Made by a program: the position numbers and the translations under genes. Shown piece by piece: positions 13,975 through 15,933 of a stretch of DNA of 15,933 nt; the stretch's first letter is position 1; each line of letters begins with the position of its first letter. The notes beneath the pieces were generated by a model. The model did no database searches, had not been told where the DNA came from, and was given only the letters and a program-made list of their open reading frames with translations. The stretch lies in assembly GCA_964514975.1 (NCBI GenBank), contig CAZESS010000029.1:1-15933 (forward strand), in the 5' to 3' direction. Source of the DNA: an uncultured Thermoplasmatales archaeon (GTDB lineage Archaea > Thermoplasmatota > E2 > UBA202 > DSCA01).

Positions 13975-15780
13975 TTATGGCCACCGGGTGTCCGGATTGG
14001 GTCCGTCCTCGATGGCCAGCGTGGGATCGCCGAACAGCGACATCTCGAGCAGGGTCTTGTAGTCTCCCTCTTCGAGGTCGAAGCTGTTCGCATAATCTGT
14101 GAGCGCGTTGGCCCAGACCACACCGAGCACCTTGTCCTCGTGGAGTCCCTGGAGCAGGTGGACCTCCATCCAGCCGAACAGGCGGTCGGTTTCGGTGCTG
14201 CCGTGGCTGCCATAGCCGATGCCGGAGGCGCCGTAGCTGGCGATGGCGCCGCCATACTGTTTTTTGACGACCGTCCAGGCCAGCGTGTTGGGTGTCTCGG
14301 TGAACTTGCTGCACGAGCAGGCGTTGAGCACGACGACGGGCAGCTTTTTGACGTTGAACACCCAGTTGGCGTCGACGTAGAGGAAGCCCGAGTAGGGGGA
14401 GTACAGCGTCTGCCGGGGTAGCCATGTGCTGTCGTCGCCTGGGGGATGAGTCGCCCAGCTCAGGGGGCTGCCGTGGCCGGAGAAGTCAACATAGTCGGCG
14501 CCGCGGTAGAAGTTCGTGATGATCCATCCCTTTTTCAGCGTGCCCGTGGACGCCCAGAGCTGCGTTGCCTCGTAGCCGGGCAGCCGCTGCAGCACCTGTT
14601 CGTTGGCATATTCGCCCTCGTTGATGTTTTCCCGGTCGCCGGGGAAGGTGTCGCCGCCTATCTGCACGATGGTGTTGAGCATCTGGTTGTGCTCCTCGTA
14701 GTCAAGGATTTTGTCGACAACGGCGGAGACCTGCGCCGTGCTTGTCGCGGGCAACCGCCCAAGATACACGTCGGGGTATACGTCCACGGCGCTCATGTCA
14801 TCGGGGTATTCGGCGTATCTGCCGTTGCCGTTGGCATCCCAGGTGGACAGGCTGCCATTGGCGTCGTAGATGTCCGCGTAGTACAGGTCGCTGGGGAAGT
14901 AGTCCTCGTAGCTGCCCGAGGGTATCCATGCGTTGCGGACGGGGAACTGGATGCCGTCGTCGACGCCGCCGCCGACGAGCAGGACAGAGTTGATGCCCAT
15001 GGTTTCGATGGCGTCCTTGATGTAGAGCTTGACGGACGCCTGTTCGTCGTCGCCCGCTGCAGGGATGTCGTCGAGCGTTGTCAGCATAGCCGGCGTGTCA
15101 TGACTGTTTTTGTAGTCCAGGAGCGGCTGCAATGCCTGTGCATATTGCTGTGGTGCCAGCACGAGCAGGTCGTAGTCATTTGCTGTCTGCGCTGGCGATG
15201 TCGGAGGCGTGTAGCTCAGCGTGAGGGATGCCCGCGATGCGGATGTGATGGTGGCGTCCGACAGGTATTGCACGGGGTACATGTTGACCGTCACGATGGT
15301 CGCGCGTTCGCCGTCGACGAGACCCCCACCACGGGTGACGGTGTACGGCTGCGGGGGAAACGCTCCGCCGGTGTAGGTTGCCGAAGGGGCTGGCTGCTCC
15401 GTGACGTCGATGGATGTTATCCGGGGTGCGCTCGCGGTCTCGATGGGCTGCTGCAGCTGCAGCTGGCTGATATCATGGTAGGCTACCTCTATATCTTTTA
15501 TCCGGGTGCCGAATGGAAACAGGTAGGTGGTGCTGACCACGGGAAGCCGGGGCGCGCCGGGATGGCCGACGGTGGAGGTTGCTCCGTCAAGGTCTATCAG
15601 GGTGTGTCCATCGGCAACGGTCATGGATGGCGCGGCAAACCGAATGGTCTCGGTCGTTGATACGGGCTGGCGCTGCCGGCCGGGCGCTGTGTCTGCGGGC
15701 TCCTGCATGGAGATGGTTCCTGCGCCTCCTGCCAGCAGGAGACATATGACAAACAGGGAGAGAAGGTGTTTCGATATCAT
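13975..15780 (-). CDS. Secreted C25-family (gingipain-like) cysteine peptidase with propeptide
   Basis: Signal peptide; propeptide PGAPRLP...NMYPVQY; catalytic domain VLLVGG, SDLYYAD, DVYLGRLP, FSGHG (His), LNACSC (Cys), LFGDP. TATA TTTTATAT at ~15809-15802. Confidence 0.92.
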   Translation of the reverse strand: MISKHLLSLFVICLLLAGGAGTISMQEPADTAPGRQRQPVSTTETIRFAAPSMTVADGHTLIDLDGATSTVGHPGAPRLPVVSTTYLFPFGTRIKDIEVAYHDISQLQLQQPIETASAPRITSIDVTEQPAPSATYTGGAFPPQPYTVTRGGGLVDGERATIVTVNMYPVQYLSDATITSASRASLTLSYTPPTSPAQTANDYDLLVLAPQQYAQALQPLLDYKNSHDTPAMLTTLDDIPAAGDDEQASVKLYIKDAIETMGINSVLLVGGGVDDGIQFPVRNAWIPSGSYEDYFPSDLYYADIYDANGSLSTWDANGNGRYAEYPDDMSAVDVYPDVYLGRLPATSTAQVSAVVDKILDYEEHNQMLNTIVQIGGDTFPGDRENINEGEYANEQVLQRLPGYEATQLWASTGTLKKGWIITNFYRGADYVDFSGHGSPLSWATHPPGDDSTWLPRQTLYSPYSGFLYVDANWVFNVKKLPVVVLNACSCSKFTETPNTLAWTVVKKQYGGAIASYGASGIGYGSHGSTETDRLFGWMEVHLLQGLHEDKVLGVVWANALTDYANSFDLEEGDYKTLLEMSLFGDPTLAIEDGPNPDTRWP

Positions 15781-15878
15781 CTGGGCTCATAACAGGTGGT
15801 CATATAAAAAATTGCCTGGCATATCGGACGGCATAGGTGACGGTGCCGTCGGCATATGGACGCGGTATGACCTCCAAG

Positions 15879-15933
15879 GTGACGTACTCCCCGCCATGAA
15901 TGGCGGGGCTTCCTACGCGGCGGAGGGCTGGCG
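15879..15933 (-). mobile_element. Probable right end of a TnpB-encoding IS200/IS605/IS607-type element (omega-RNA 3' scaffold), partial
   Basis: Minus strand GGAAGCCCCGCCATTCATGGCGGGGAGTACGTCAC: 8-bp GC stem (15889-15896/15901-15908) with a TTCA loop, then AG-N4-TCAC. This resembles TnpB element right ends. tnpB itself is not in the window. Confidence 0.68.

Noticed and set aside
15791-15878. Short open frame LEVIPRPYADGTVTYAVRYARQFLYDHLL as the tail of an interrupted gene
   Set aside because: Too short, with no motif, and it overlaps the peptidase promoter. It cannot be supported without the sequence beyond the IS.
15918-15927. CGGCGGAGGG identical to the tRNA-Thr 3' region (3458-3467) as a possible att repeat
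   Set aside because: Only 10 GC-rich bp, on the wrong side of the tRNA, and the interval contains ribosomal and other core genes.

Overview
Archaeal chromosomal window. The evidence is rps8e, SRP19, a CCA-less tRNA-Thr, TATA-box leaderless promoters and trpB2. The secreted C25 peptidase and beta-helix surface protein would fit a sediment Thermoplasmata-like host, but that is inference. Left to right: (1) the 5' 964 codons of a secreted NosD/right-handed beta-helix protein with about 30 mosaic 66/69-bp repeats, missed by the ORF track; (2) a 51-aa AbrB/MazE-fold gene, also missed, that shares an upstream motif with it; (3) tRNA-Thr(CGT), whose first base is the last base of the upstream lipoprotein stop codon; (4) a TrpY-like ACT regulator divergent from trpB2 plus an NAD-kinase-like gene, with TRP-box-like sites between them; (5) a nicotianamine-synthase-like SAM enzyme; (6) a 2.8-kb AT-bounded accessory module with a frameshifted HNH nuclease, an intact tyrosine recombinase, a divergent decayed serine recombinase and several palindromic sites; (7) srp19, rps8e and DUF554; (8) a DUF5678-like plus retropepsin-like protease pair beside a restriction-modification C-terminal remnant; (9) nadA and a gingipain-family peptidase; (10) at the right edge, the probable right end and omega-RNA hairpin of a TnpB-type IS. 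All family calls come from motif recognition by eye. No searches were run.
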